NCBI RefSeq assembly: GCF_006345805.1 | Contig: NC_043013.1 | Location: 56,978,001 to 57,042,000 of the forward strand | Source of the DNA: Octopus sinensis | Lineage: Eukaryota | Reading direction: 5' to 3' | Length of the DNA: 64,000 nt | Part shown: positions 10,413 to 24,258 of the stretch, piece after piece | Position numbering within the stretch: position 1 is the first letter of the stretch | How the letters are laid out: every line of letters starts with the position of its first letter | The notes under the pieces: generated by a model | Told to the model about the DNA's origin: nothing | The model's database searches: none | The model's input: only the letters and a program-made list of their open reading frames with translations | Program-made: the position numbers and the translations under genes

Positions 10413-11193
10413 ATATATATAATATATATATATATATACTTACGTGTATGTGAGTAAACAGAAAAGAATGTATTTAATTATAAAAGTAGAGTTACTTCAT
10501 GTGTTCTATGGAGACTGAAGACTTTCCAAATCGTTATTCTCAGTTTTTTTTTCATATATCACTGACATACAGTTATGATATAAAAAACACCAAACAAGAA
10601 AACAGGTGAAAAAGTGAAATGAAATATTTTGCATCATGCACAGAATATTTGATCAGGTGCCGAAAAAATTTCTTCGTAATGCATATGGAGGTGTATAAAA
10701 TAAACACTGTGACGAGCGTGCACACACTCACAAACAAACACACGCACAGGTATACACATATATATGCACATGTATGTATTTGAAATGAAGAAGTATCCAG
10801 AAATGCGTGTATAAGGAAAAAAACATGGTTTAAAAATGTATGCAAAACTTGGAAAAATATGTTTAAAAATGTATGTGTGAAAACGAGATAACGTATTAGC
10901 TTAAAGGGAAAATATTGTTTTAAATAAGAGAATTTCCCAGGAAAAGATATAAAAATAAAATGATTATTACATCCTACATTCTACAACAATTTCAAAATGC
11001 TCATTGTTTGGCATTATTTATTTGAAGGTTTATAATTGGATAATAAACACTTGGAAGTGTTTTAACAGGCTGATACACGTTTTGCGTTTAATCCTTCGGA
11101 ATTCTTGGTTAAGAATTGTTTCATTTTAGATACAACTAGAAACTCAGTTTTAATCAAAAACGTTCCCTGCCTGTACGTCGTTGCAATATCAAA

Positions 11194-11425
11194 AGGCGGC
11201 GAGCTGGCAGAAACGTTAGCACGCCAGGCGAAATGTTTAGTGATATTTCGTCTGCCGTTACATTCTGAGTTCAAATTCCGCCGAGGTCAACTTTGCCTTT
11301 CATCATTTCGGGGTCGATTAAATAAACGCCAGTTACTCACTGTGGTCGATGTAATCAACTTAATCCCTTTGTTTGTCCTTGTTTGTCCACTCTATGTTTA
11401 ACCCCCTGTGGGCAATAAATAAATA
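11194..11425 (+). mobile_element. SINE family A, full length
   Basis: AGGCGGCGAGCTGGCAGAAACGTTAGC head through CCCCTGTGGGCAATAAAT tail. Confidence 0.9.
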
Positions 11426-12014
11426 TCTAACTCTGATCAAGTGATAGTAGCTTGTCTCTCTATCTTCTCCATCTCGTCTCCATCTCTCTCTCTTCCATTC
11501 TCTTATGAACCAAATATTCTTTGATTGTGCTGTCATAAATTTCCTGCCCCCGTTTCTAAAAGAATATCTCTGCCCATAAAAATGAGCTTTAAAAGTGTTC
11601 AATCAATCCAGTGACTTCGATCTAGAGTTCAAATCTAAGAGCATTGCGGAGCCAGTAACTAATGACCTTTACAGACAGTTGCCATCAAACGGTTAATTAT
11701 TACAATCGATCCAGATAAAGGTCCGTGTAGAAATTAAATTAATTGCATTAGAAATTTGCTGAGAAACGTAATTTCCAGTGTAACTTGCAAAGCTTTTTTG
11801 AGTAACGAGTGACTAACTTCAATAAAATTTCTGTTATAGATTTTGTGATAAGTATTTGGCTTGAAATTAAAGAGAAATTAAATTAAGAAACTCATTAGCC
11901 GTGTCTCCGTACTTTTCATTAAACAACAAAATTATTTACGTTTTGGAAATTTCGATTTTGACAGAAACTGCATTTTCTGAGAACCTTTGTATTACTTGTT
12001 TCAACCATTAAATT

Positions 12015-12183
12015 GCTTCCATGCTGGGGCACGACCTTGAAGAGTTTGGCTATCTAGTTCACTTACACTATCTCTGTTGGGTGTATTATTGATCTTGTTT
12101 TTTACTGAACCGCAATATTATGGGGACGTAAACACACCATCATCGGTTGTCAAGCGATGGTGTGGGGATAAACAGGGACACAA

Positions 12184-12253
<70 letters not shown>

Positions 12254-12325
12254 CGACGGGCTTCTTTCAGTTTCTGTCAACCAAATCTACTCACAAGGCT
12301 TTGGTCAGCCTGAGGCTACAGTACA
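12015..12325 (-). mobile_element. SINE family B, 5'-truncated
   Basis: Reverse complement of the family B body (CCAAAGCCTTGTGAGT..., internal TA/CA microsatellite) and tail (GTGCCCCAGCATGG). Confidence 0.8.
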
Positions 12326-12378
12326 ACTACAACGGACCTTTCCCACAGAGAACGGTATCCCAGTTTCGATACCCCTTC

Positions 12379-12443
<65 letters not shown>

Positions 12444-12461
12444 TATATGTATATGTGTGTT

Positions 12462-12507
<46 letters not shown>

Positions 12508-12524
12508 CGTGTATGTATGCAAGT

Positions 12525-13925
12525 AGGTGCAGGCGTGACTGTGTGGTAAGGAGCTTGCTTCCCAACCACATTATTCCGGGTTCAGTCCGACTGCATTACA
12601 CCTTCGGCAAGTGTCTTTTACTTTTCGTCTCAGGTCGACCAAAGCCTTGTGAGTGGATTTGGTAGACGGAAACTGAAAGAAGTCTATCTTTCACACCCAC
12701 ACACACAGATATGACAGAAGTAAATAGACCCTCTGATAATCATTAAAATTTGTTTAAAACTGAAGTTATTCATTCAAATTATTTATTAAGTGTTATAATG
12801 TTAATATTTTATATTTATCAGATGTGCCCCTTGCATTTTTCAATGCAAGGACCTTATTAGGTATGTTAATGATCAGATGGTGAATATTCTATTGAGAAAT
12901 TTCATGCCAAGCTTCATGCAACAATCTCAAATAGATCTGACTTTGAAGATGCTTTCTTGTTCTTTTTATAAAGTCCATTATATCCCAGGGGTGTTCAATA
13001 GGTTCCAGATGGTGACTGGCTGGCCATGGAAGCTCTTTAATGCCAACAAATTTAGGGTTATTTTAGTTGTGTGACAAGGAACTCCATTTTCCATAAAGTG
13101 TCTTCTTTAATCATTTCACCACTGGAGATGATTGGAAGGAGTACTTTCTGCACTATGGACATATATTTATCTGAGTTTATATTTCACCCACATTCTACCA
13201 GCTCTGATCAACCATTGCTCCAAATTGCTCCCCAGACCATCACAGAATAGCTGCCTTGTTTCATTGTTGGCTTCAATCTTTTCACATCAAATTCTTGATC
13301 ACGGTCTCCAGACTTACACACAATCACTGTCAGGAAATACAGCAAATCTGGATTCATCAGAAAATATGACGGTGTCCCAAAATGCAAGTGGCCTCCCCAC
13401 CATCTCACTGGGCCAATCTTTTCTTCGTTTGATATTGGCTGGTCAAAGAAGTGGCTTCTTTCTTGCTACTCTGCCATAGTTACCAAGTTTGTGGAGATAG
13501 CTGACAGCTGTTCTGGGACTGACATCAACAAGTTCTGCTATGCCAGGCGCCTTTCAACGAAGATTATCCGCCACACTTCTCTTAACAAAGAGAAGGGCCT
13601 GGTCGGAGAGCTTTGGTCAACCTGGATGAGCTGATGGCGGACTCCTTCCCCTCTCTGGTGAATTGCAAAATCACTATTTGCTGTTGAAAATAGGATTCCA
13701 ATATTTTCTGTGATTTTATGCTATGTCCATCGTCAGATTGACCCACAACATGGCCTCTTTGAAATTCAGACGGTTCCTAGGCTTCTTTTGTACGTGGCAT
13801 GATTAAACAGTCACATATAGAACCAGAAAAATTAAAATGTCAATTAATAAAGAATATAAACCTTTAAAAGTTAGAATAAACATAAATTGATGTTTTATTA
13901 GGGGTCTATTTACTTCTGTCATGTC

Positions 13926-13956
<31 letters not shown>

Positions 13957-14165
13957 TTGTGTGTGTCTTTGTGACTTATTGTTTGTTTCCCTATCGTCGC
14001 TTGCGAACCGATGCTGGTGTATTTATGTCCCATGACTTTACAGTTCGGCCGAGACGGCCTATAAAATAAGTCCTGGGGTAGATTTCTTCGACTAAAGCTC
14101 TTTGAAGCGGTGCTCCAGCATGGTCGCATCCAAAATGACTGAAACATGTAAAAGAATGAAAGGAA
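12525..14165 (+). mobile_element. SINE family B split by a Tc1 insertion (5' half 12525-12690, 3' half ~13932-14165)
   Basis: Head and body end at GGAAACTGAAAGAAG(12682). The sequence resumes after the Tc1 with (TA)n, CGATGCTGGTG and GCGGTGCTCCAGCATGG...GACTGAAAC. Confidence 0.8.
12702..13931 (-). mobile_element. Tc1-family DNA transposon with decayed transposase and ~30-bp TIRs
   Basis: TIR CACACAGATATGACAGAAGTAAATAGACCC at 12702 and its inverse ending at 13931, followed by TA. Minus-strand motifs SVMVWGAI, ENGVPCHT (cf. QDNAPCH) and WPA..LEPIEHPW (cf. WPAQSPDLNPIEHLW). Confidence 0.88.
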
Positions 14166-14221
14166 ATAATAAAAGAATATATATATACATAAATATTTAT
14201 TTATATTCTGTGTGTGTGTGT

Positions 14222-14257
<36 letters not shown>

Positions 14258-14433
14258 GTGTGTGCGTGTGCGTGTGTGTTTCATAGCTTAAAGGAAATTT
14301 AAAGGTAATTACCCGGTCAGAATGTAGGAAGACAACTGCCAAAGCTTTTCGCACTCGAATCCAGTTTCGTTTGTAATAACTTAATACATTTTTACATCGT
14401 AGGAGATGGCATTTTCTAGCTTGTTTACTATTT

Positions 14434-14508
<75 letters not shown>

Positions 14509-15180
14509 TAATGGTGTATTTATATTCAAACACGTACAGTTACATGCGTATACACACACTTATACCATATATGAAGATAAGTAAATATTTCAAACAGCAG
14601 CACGTCAACCTAAACACACTGACATCTCCTCATACAAATATTTCTGATGAAGAACATTTAAAGAAAGATAATTCATGTTAGCAAAGTTGTTTTAAATAAC
14701 ATGGGAGCTATAAACGTTACAGCTTGCTGTTTCAAAAACATTTTCTTCTTCCTTTTTTTCTCTACTTCAGGACTTTATTTATTTTAACATTCTGGTGTTT
14801 TTATGTCTCTGAAATATAATTACTGTTTTGGCAAAACAACACGTATAATCCTCATCAAGTTTTATATTAATGTTTTCGGTTTTGAAAACAACCAATTCCA
14901 AAGAACGGAACTGTTTAACTGACAGCAGGAATCTTCTGATCAAAAGGACTTCTGTAATAGTTTGTTCCCTGTAAACACTTCGGAATGGTCAGATTTGGAT
15001 TAAAATTATGTTTTTGCCTTTTAGTTTACTAAAAAGTGGGTATGCTTCATTACGAAAATCGAGACAATCAGGGCAAAATATAAAATTCTTGTGATATCAG
15101 CAAATCATTGATGTGTCAGGCGTAGAGATTGTGGGTAAAATAGGTTCTTCAAAAATTGTGTTAATATAAGGAAATATCAT

Positions 15181-15842
15181 CCTCATCATCATCATCGTCG
15201 TCGTTTAACGTCCGTTTTGCATGCTGGCATGGGTTGGACGGTTTGACTGGGACCTGGGAAGCCAGGAGGCTGCACCAGGCCCCAATCTGATCTGGCAGTG
15301 TTTCCACAGCTGAATGCCCTTCCTAACACCAACCACTCCAAGAGTGTAGTGGGTGCTTTTTACGTGCCACCGGCACAGGGACCACAGGAGCTGGCATCGA
15401 CCACGATTGGATGGTGCTTTTATGTGCCACCGGCACGGAAGCCAGTCAAAGCCACACTGGCATCGGCCAGGTTCAGATGGTGCTTTTTACGTGCTACCAG
15501 CACTGGGCTCACAAATACAATTTTCATTTGATTTGATTTTGATATTGCTGATGTTGATGTACTTGACTCAATGGGTCTCCTCAAGCATGGCATGTCACCC
15601 TAGGATCCAAGGTACTTTTGAGTGGGCTGGTTATGTGACACTGGTGTAGGTTACAGCTGTAGACTCACTTTATTTGCCGGGTCTTCTCAATCATAGCATA
15701 CATCCAGAGGTCTCGGTCTTTTGTCATTGCCTCTGTGAGGCCCAATGTTCGAAGGTCATGTTTCACCACCTCATCCCATGTCTTCTTGGGTCTCCCTCTA
15801 CCCCGGATTCCTTCTACTGTTTGGGAGTGGCACTTCTTCACT
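15181..15842 (-). mobile_element. 3' end of an RTE-clade LINE with a (GAT)n tail
   Basis: Minus-strand C-terminus VEGIRGRGRPKKTWDEVVKHDLRTLGL..DRDLW. The 3' UTR has three GGTGCTTTTTA(C/T)GTGC sub-repeats. Tail (CAT)n at 15183-15195 on the plus strand. Confidence 0.8.
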
Positions 15843-16089
15843 ATACTTCAATATACAACAAATCATTCGGTTGATGTGGTTAAATATTGATTTTGAAACA
15901 CTGGAATAATCTGGGCAAAATTCTATAATTTTGGTATCGTGGGCAAAAGTTTGATTAAATAGTATTATTTAAATATCAATTGCAAAAATTTGAAGTGAAA
16001 TCACTTAAACATTCGTTTGCAAATGTATCGGGTGACCATCCACCCACCAATCCATTTTCGCTGTTCATTATTCCTAGAAGAACCGTAGG

Positions 16090-16260
16090 GATAGAGTCCA
16101 TACACTTTGTTGCTGGATTTCTAAGTGCGACCAACTAAGACTGTGGATATTATCCAACCACCTCACTCTTGGACTACTCCTATGTTTTCTGCTACTTAAT
16201 TCATCTTGAAGAATCTATTTTGTGAACCTTTCCCACAACATTCCCATCATACGTCTGTAG
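16090..16260 (-). mobile_element. Small RTE C-terminal fragment
   Basis: Minus translation ILQDELSSRKHRSSPRVRWLDNI resembles the RTE motif ILQG...RGRPR.RW.DNI. Confidence 0.45.
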
Positions 16261-16829
16261 TTACAGAGCTGAGAACTCTGTATACAGAGAAACAGTGGCT
16301 TGATCTGGAAAGACTCCTGGATTTCTGAGTTGCATAAACTGTCAACATAAAAGACACTTCATAGGAATCCCATTTCAGCACTGAGGATCATACGTGACGA
16401 TAGGCATATAAAAATCGAATTGATATTGTGGGTAAAATATTGATTTCCAAAAAATGAGTCATAATTAAAATAATGTTTAACAAAAATTGGGTTAATGTAC
16501 CAAGTATTTGGACATTTACCAAGTATTTGGACACTCAAGGTAAAATATTGATTGTTAAAAGTTGGAGTAATGCGTGCAAATTATTGCTATTTAAGAAATG
16601 AGGTGGGGATATGGGCAAAATATTATTTGTCAAAATTTGGCGAATTGGCAAAAATAATGATGGTAATCACTAATTAGGAGAGAAAAATTTTCATTCAAGA
16701 ATTTGAGGTGTTTAGCGTAAGATAAAGGTTTTTACAAATCGGTAGGTATGGAAGCAAAAAAACATTAATTTGTAAATGGTGAAGATAATCTGGTTTATAG
16801 TATTAATAAAGGAATAATGGATGAAAATA

Positions 16830-17050
16830 CGAGGAATGCTAAAAGTTTCTGGCTTTAAGAGTATCGTGAAAGGCCCATCTTCTGAGTTCTTTTATGGGGT
16901 TTAGAAAAATTGAAGGACCACTGTAATAAGTGTGCAAATCTGAGAGTATCGTGAAAGGCCCAACCTTCTTTATATTGAATAAAATCACAATCAACTGATC
17001 CTTCTGTATTTTATTTAACCCAAATCCAACAACTTTCCAGCGCCTCCTCG
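16830..17050. mobile_element. Mariner-derived MITE (~220 bp) with TA target duplication
   Basis: TA|CGAGGAATGCTAAAAGTTTCTGG at the left end and ACAACTTTCCAGCGCCTCCTCG|TA at the right end form imperfect TIRs. Confidence 0.75.
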
Positions 17051-18029
17051 TAAAGGTTTATAAAAAGAGAATTTATTTTGAAGTTAATTCATTTTAAAAA
17101 TGCTATTGTTTTCATTATTTCTATTGTATAAATATATTACTGTTACACATTTATATATATTAAAATTTCAAATCACTGCACTACAGTTTCATTTTTGTAT
17201 ATTACATTTTCCTGTATAAGTAAATTGCTGAGTCTGTTGCAATTTAGTTTTTTTCTTTCTTTACATAACTAATATTCCATTAATTAAAATTTTAATTAAT
17301 GGACTCTTTACATTAGTGTATAAGTTCTATTGGTAGCTTTTATTTATTGTTGTTTTACCCCAGGTCAGAATTGCATGTATTGCAGTATTGCAGAATACTA
17401 GTATCCAAGGCAGCATTCCAGCTGTAAGTATCCCAGCCTTTGAAATGAGTACAGTAAGAGAAAATGGAAAATCATTAGAGATTGAGAATTAGTTGACTTC
17501 TACCGTCTTCGTTGGTCAAGTCTAGTGATTGCCTCCAAGCACTATTGACAGAGACTAAGCTGTCCAGTGTACATGGAGTGCGTGGACAGTACAAGGTATC
17601 CATCTTGTATATGTGAAATTTCTGTTCTTAATGTTGTGTTACATTTTAGGAAGTGGGGCGGACAATCATTACACAGCATGACCAAGACCCACTCTACATC
17701 ATTCATAGAGAATGGCAAAATAAATGTCAGTAGCGTATGATTGATATTTGTTTCACCTTGGATCCCTGATATCTTCTATGACAGTTCTTGCTTCACTGAA
17801 ACAGCAAGTTGCGGACTTTTCAAACAGGAAGGGTGAAAAATTGAGAAATCAGAAATGACTCATTTTGTTCCGGGTACAAGTTTTGCCCCACCCCCACCAT
17901 ACTCGACACATGCAATGAATTAACGTTTTTTTTGGCAACGGCCTTACCTAATAACACACATGCACGAATGCACACACACACACAAACAAACATATATAGT
18001 TAACACTATCATTATCATTTTATAGAACA

Positions 18030-19570
18030 GAGGTGAACGAGCAGATTCGTTAGCACGTCTGTTTTTACGGTCTGATTTCATCGAGGTCGACTTCAACTTT
18101 CATTCTCCCGGGGTCGATAAAATAAGTACCAGTTGCGTACTGAGGTCAAGGCAATCAAGTTATCTCAAGCCCTCGAAACTGCTGGCCTTGAGCCAAATTT
18201 GAAACCTTTATCATTTCACAACCACTTTCCATGCTAGCATAGGTAGGAAGACTTATCAAAGCTCGGGTCATTATTCATTCTTATTCATGAAGATCGTAAC
18301 TCAAATATTCCAATTTTCGGCATGGTTTTTCAGAGGGATGCTCTTCCTGATGCCAAACACATAATAGAATGTATTGGATCAGTTTTATGTGACATAAACA
18401 CTTCGGAGTTTGTAACATCCTCTCAAACATGCATATTACTCATCAGTGGGACAGGACCTGGAAACGTGTAGTTGAGAAGTAAGCTTCTTATCACCTAGTC
18501 ACATAAGGGGAAGGGTGATGATAGTGGTCCCCAGGAAGTAAGGAGAGGAGAGTAAAAGTTGTTGGAGTGTCGAGCGATAGGATTCACTGTAAAGCTAGTA
18601 AATTGGTTTCAAATTTTGGCACAAGGCCAGCAATTTCGGGGGTGGGTTAAGTCTATTACATCGGCCTCACTACTCAACTGACATTTATTTTCTCGACTCC
18701 AAAAGGATGAAAGGCAAAGTCGACCTCAACAGAATTTGAACTCAGAAAATAAAGACAAACGAAACACCGGCAAACATTTTGTCTGGCATGCAAACAATTC
18801 TGTCAGTTCGCGGGCTCATAGGGGCACTAAATTGACCCCAGCAGCATTACTAGTATTTTCCCTGGGAAAAGGAGAGAGAACAGAGAAGACTTTGATGTCA
18901 TTTGAATTCGGAAATGACAGAAAGTCAATACTGCAACGTATTTTCACTCCCCATTCTATCACATTTTGCAGGCGCGTGAGTGGTTAGGGAATTCATCTCA
19001 CGATCGGAAGGTCATGAGTTCGATTACTGGTTGTGCATTGTGTCCTTGAGCGAGACACTTTATTTCACGTTGCTCCAGTCCAAGCAGTTGGTAAAAATGA
19101 GTAGTAACTCTATTTCAGATGGTCAGCCACGTCGCATTCTGTGTCATATATATGAATGTATAATATACATACATTGTATATATATATATATATACGACGG
19201 GCTTCCTTCAGTTTCCATCTACTAAATCTACTCACAAGGCTTTATTCAGCCCAAGGCTATAGTAGAAGATGCTTGCCCAAGGTGCCACGCAGTGGGACTG
19301 AACCTGGAAGTAAGCTTCTTGCTTAAATTTGCAGTGTAATATATGGATTCATAAAAGCGGCGAGCTGGCAGAAATGTTAGCACGCTGGACGAAACGTTTA
19401 GTGGTATTTCGTCCATCTTTACGCTCTGAGTTCAAATCCCGCCGAGGTTAACTATGCCTTTCATCCTTTCGGTGTCGATAAATTAAGTACCAGTTGTGTA
19501 CTGGGTTCGATCTAATCGACTGGCCTCCTTCGCCACCAAATCTCAGGCCTTGTATCTAGAGTAGAAAAGA
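18030..19570. mobile_element. Cluster of degenerate SINEs (A+ 18030-18210, A- 18600-18812, family D + 18975-19110, B- 19194-19320, A+ 19355-19570)
   Basis: Each matches family motifs seen elsewhere in the window. Family D has GAGTTCGATT followed by GTGTCCTTGAGCGAGACACT. Confidence 0.75.
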
Positions 19571-19925
19571 TTCTGCGTCAGGCCGAATCTCCCTGAGAAC
19601 TAAGTTATGGGTCTACGTGTCTGTGATGTACTCAGCCCTTACACGTTAGTTTCACGAGCAGGCAGTTCGCTGATCAGATCAACTTGAACCCTGGTCGTCG
19701 TAACTGATAGAGTGCCAGTTATCGATCTCTGACAATTTAGTTTAAATTTGATCTATCGATCCTTCAATTGGTAAAATATAACATTTCTAATACTTAACAG
19801 TTTCTGCATGAATCAAGAACCCAAACAGAAACCCCAACCCTGCCAACGCCCGCTCTTTAAACATCGACTCCACAAACTCACAAAGGCATTTGATGTAAAC
19901 TGCAGCAAACGTAGGTAAACCTCAC

Positions 19926-20023
19926 CTGAATCGCTGCGATGCTTGACCTGAATCTGGTTCAATCCAGAGACATAGCAATTCTTCATATAATAGTCCCATC
20001 AATAAAATACGCAGGAAATACAT
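19926..20023 (-). CDS. Candidate first coding exon encoding a signal-peptide-like N-terminus (MYFLRILLMGLLYEELLCLWIEPDSGQASQRF)
   Basis: ATG at 20023-20021, 32 open codons plus 2 nt, then a strong donor CAG|GTGAGG at 19926/19925. Lies in non-repeat sequence. No partner exon identified. Confidence 0.3.
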
Positions 20024-20239
20024 CTCCAAGCAAATCCTTCATGTGTATGAACCATGATTTCTACCAAAGTTCCCGAATTGCTCTTCTGTTGATAATATCA
20101 ATAAAAGGGTTATACAACTGTGTACCTCTCTCTCTCTCTCCATATATGTCTCTAAGTATCTATTTCTATATGAAGCTAAGTATATATATATATGTGTGTG
20201 TGTATGTATATATATATATGTATATATATATGCATATAT

Positions 20240-20300
<61 letters not shown>

Positions 20301-20458
20301 ACATACACACATATATATAGATATATGTATATATACATATGTGCATACATATACACACACACAAATAAATCTATACACATTTACATACGCATATATATAT
20401 ACGCACACATACGTTTATATATATATATATGTGTATGTATATGTTTATCTATATTTGA

Positions 20459-20499
<41 letters not shown>

Positions 20500-20932
20500 C
20501 ATATATTTACATACACGTAAAGCCGTGTGTTGTAGTGTTGCGTATACCTGTGTACATGCTGGAGTGTTTGCTCGTTTGCTATTGGATTTGCGTGGGATTT
20601 TCTTCCCTTTCTTCTCTCTTACTTTCTACAGATCTAATTCTCTCAATAGGAATATATGTTAACAGATTTCGATTTTTCCTTGAATGAGTAGGTTTGTGTA
20701 TACACATATATAATTGCAGACTTTGTACACTCAAAGCAAAATGTACACATATGCATATATGCATGCGTATATAGATTCATATGTCTTTCTGCATATATGT
20801 ATGTACACACACATATCATATATATATATATATATATATATATTTATGCATAAATCTAAATGCATGTGTAACATTACTGTGTGTATGTGAATACAGATAT
20901 ATATTTATGTATATATATATATATATATATAC

Positions 20933-20984
<52 letters not shown>

Positions 20985-21129
20985 ACATACACATGCATAC
21001 ACACATCTCTGCAAACACATGTATATATAAATTTGGCAAACTTAAAATATATATATTTACCATGCCTTCCGCCCCAACCCATCCTCGACCTACACCACTG
21101 AATACACGCTATGCATTTCTGATGGAATT

Positions 21130-21760
21130 CTGCAGATCTTTGCTTTCCCTTTTTCTCTTCCTTTCTCTCCTCCTGTATCTATTTGTTTGTTTGCTTGCTT
21201 CTTTACCATTTCTTTCTTTCTTTCTTTCATTCTTTCATTCTTTTTTTTTCTTTCTTTCTTTCTTTCTTTCTTTCTTTCGTCTTTTCTTTCGTCTTTTTAA
21301 AGTGTTTTTTCTTTTGTTTTGTTCTTATTGTCGTGTTTTTTGTTGATATTTTTGTTGGAGTTGATATTGTTTGTTTTCCATAAGACTAACAGCAGCAGAG
21401 AAGTTGCGTCGAGCCAACAGCGGCTGTGTTGTTGTTGTTCTTGTTGTTGCTGTTGTCATTGTTGTTGCCGTTGGTGGTGGTGGTGGTGGTGGTGGTGGTG
21501 ATAGTTGTGGAAAGTGAGTGAAAATACTTCTTGTTACTGACCTTCATCTGTTTGCAGTGAAAGCGACAAGAAAAGGTAAAAAGACAAAGAAAAAGTGGGA
21601 GGAGGAGGAGAAGAAGGAGAAAAAGAAGAAGAAGTGAAGAAGCAAAGAAGAAGTGAAGTGAAGAAGAAGTAAAGAAGAATTGAAGAAGAAGAAGAAAAAG
21701 TGGGGAAGAAGAAGAAGTGAAGAAGAAGACAAGAAGGTGATGTTGGTGGAAAAGCTATGA
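21130..21760. repeat. Compound simple repeats (CTTT)n, (GTT)n, (GGT)n and a purine-rich (GAA)n tract
   Basis: Directly visible in the sequence. Confidence 0.9.
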
Positions 21761-22030
21761 TGTGTGCAGCATGCAATTTTGAAAAGTAAGTAGATGGAGA
21801 TGTGCATTTATTGCAAAGGGTGTTATGGAAGAAAGTTTTTTTCTCTCCATTTATTCATAGACACGCAAATACAAATTTCAATACAACAAGGTAACATATG
21901 AATATCAAGTGATATTTACTTATCTTTTACAACTGGTTTTTCTTTTCACCTCCGATTTCTGCATACAAACTCATGTCATCACACGCACACTCGCAATGAC
22001 CTCACAAGAATACACGTATACACACACACG

Positions 22031-22085
<55 letters not shown>

Positions 22086-22691
22086 GAATGCACACAGATA
22101 TATGCAAACTCAGACACATACAAATGCATACAAGCAAGCGTAGATGCGTACCAACACACCTATACACGTACGTATACAAAGATAGCATACATAAACTTAC
22201 ACACGAACACACACAAAGACATGCAGGTTCTTCAAAACATGCATAGGAACACATGCACTCGTTAGAAATTTACACACACACTAAAATCATATATATATAT
22301 ATATATATATATATACACTAACACACGTACACACAAACAATAAAAAACACATGAACATGCAGATAAAAACATGCAGAACCCCGAAAATAGTTGCTAAAAT
22401 CTAAAGATAGGCAGAAGCACATAAAAAGGGTTTGCGCAGCCATAAGGACATATGTACACACAAAGAGATTTCTACACATGTTACATTATATACACTCATA
22501 TTGAAAAACATATACGCAAACATCAAAACTAACATATAAAATACATGAAAATGCTTGATCATAAACTTACAGGGAGTTAGCCACAAAATAAGTTATACTT
22601 TTATTTATGAGAATAGTATGTTTGTTTGTTTGATTGTATCTGTGTGTGAGGGAGTACTTGCTTATGCATATTGGAAAGAGGAGAGAGAGGA

Positions 22692-22729
<38 letters not shown>

Positions 22730-22960
22730 GTAGGGGAGAATCCGATAGAGGGCGAAAGAAAGAGAATGTGTCTGTATGCGTAATTTAAATGTTAGATTTT
22801 CTCTGCTGATATTCACGGAAAATCAGGCAAATCTACATACGCATATGAGAATATCTATGTGTGTGATTGTGTGTGTGTGTGTGTATACACATACACATAT
22901 ATATATATACACATATTTGTATGTGCTTCTGTGTGTATATGAGTATATATAACTGACTCA

Positions 22961-23790
22961 CAAACACGACTAATAAGACTAGATGAACTTAAAAACTTCC
23001 TACCAGAGAAAAAATACCCCCTTAAACTAATAGAAAATGGAATCTCAAGAGCAATGAAACTAGACATCGCACAACTCAGGACACCCAAAACAAAAAACAA
23101 AGAAAATATTATCCCTTTCATAAACACGTACAACCCTGGAGTTACCAACATCATCCAAACCATACATTCAAACCTGCCAATAGCCTTACAAAGCCCCAAA
23201 ATGGAAAACATATTAAACAAATATCGCATAAAAAATAGTAGACGACAAGACAAAAACCTAAAGAAACACCTAACAAGAGCGAAATTCTCATAAGAAACTA
23301 AAACTGAATTCTTTGTAAAAAAGTGTGGAGATGGTAGATGTGGGATCTGCAGCAACCCCACCTACAAATACATAGAGGGAAACAAAGAAATTAAATTTAA
23401 AAGTGGTCACATATTTAAAGTAAATGCAGATATGAACTGCAAGACGCAGAACATAATATACTGCATAACCTGCCCCCCCCCCCGTGCAAGGAAGATTACA
23501 TAGGTGAAACTGGAAATTCTTTGTGCCAGCGAGCCGGGATTCACCGACAACATGTTCAGCAGGAAGAACTGCGCAAGATACCACCGAGTACACACCTAGC
23601 TACATGTGGAAAAGGAAAATTTAAAATCTTTCCCTTCTACAAATGTCCGAAGAACAACACCTCTTTCAGGAGGAATATGGAAAAATATTTCATAGCTAAG
23701 TTCTCCCTCAAATTAAATGTCTGAAAATATCTCTATAATAAGCTGTACCAGATGAAGGACCAAATTTGTTAAGTAAACTGTATAAAACAC
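22961..23790 (+). mobile_element. Penelope-like element 3' fragment (RT thumb/linker plus GIY-YIG endonuclease)
   Basis: RLDELKNFL..KYPLKLIENGISRA, IIPFINTYNP, CGDGRCGIC, NIIYCITC, YIGETG, HRQH and EKYFIAKF..LN*. Frameshifted, including at a poly-C run near 23472-23483. Confidence 0.88.
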
Positions 23791-24111
23791 ACAGGCACAC
23801 ACACACACACACCACACACACACACAGTGCTACACATATGTTTTGGTTTTTGAAAATACAACATTGAACAAAGGATATTCTAATATTTGAATGAAACCAT
23901 TTCACTTGTAGAACCAGTTGCTCCTGTATGATAAAACTTAATATTTATTTAACTGTCAATCAGTGAGATATTAGACTAAATCAATTGAAGATCAGACAAC
24001 AGACTCAGTAGTTGTCAATTTGTATTCTATCGTTTGTAAATTCAAATGAAATTTTACTCATCATACATTGGAGGACAAATCTTTCACTTTACAATTTAAT
24101 ATAGTGGAACA

Positions 24112-24186
<75 letters not shown>

Positions 24187-24258
24187 TATGTAGGTCCCGG
24201 GTTGATTCGGGGTTAACCACAGTAAATAAGGTACTCAATACATAGCAGACTAAAATTA

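Noticed and set aside
14644-14670. Other CTGATGA/CTGACGA matches (14644, and minus strand near 9360 and 29530)
   Set aside because: No paired stem II followed by GAAAC-NUH and stem I, so they are chance matches.
17596-17649. Possible U12-type mini-intron (GTATCCATC...TTCTTAAT...TTTTAG)
   Set aside because: The donor deviates from GTATCCTT, 54 nt is very short, and the joined flanks give no recognisable protein.
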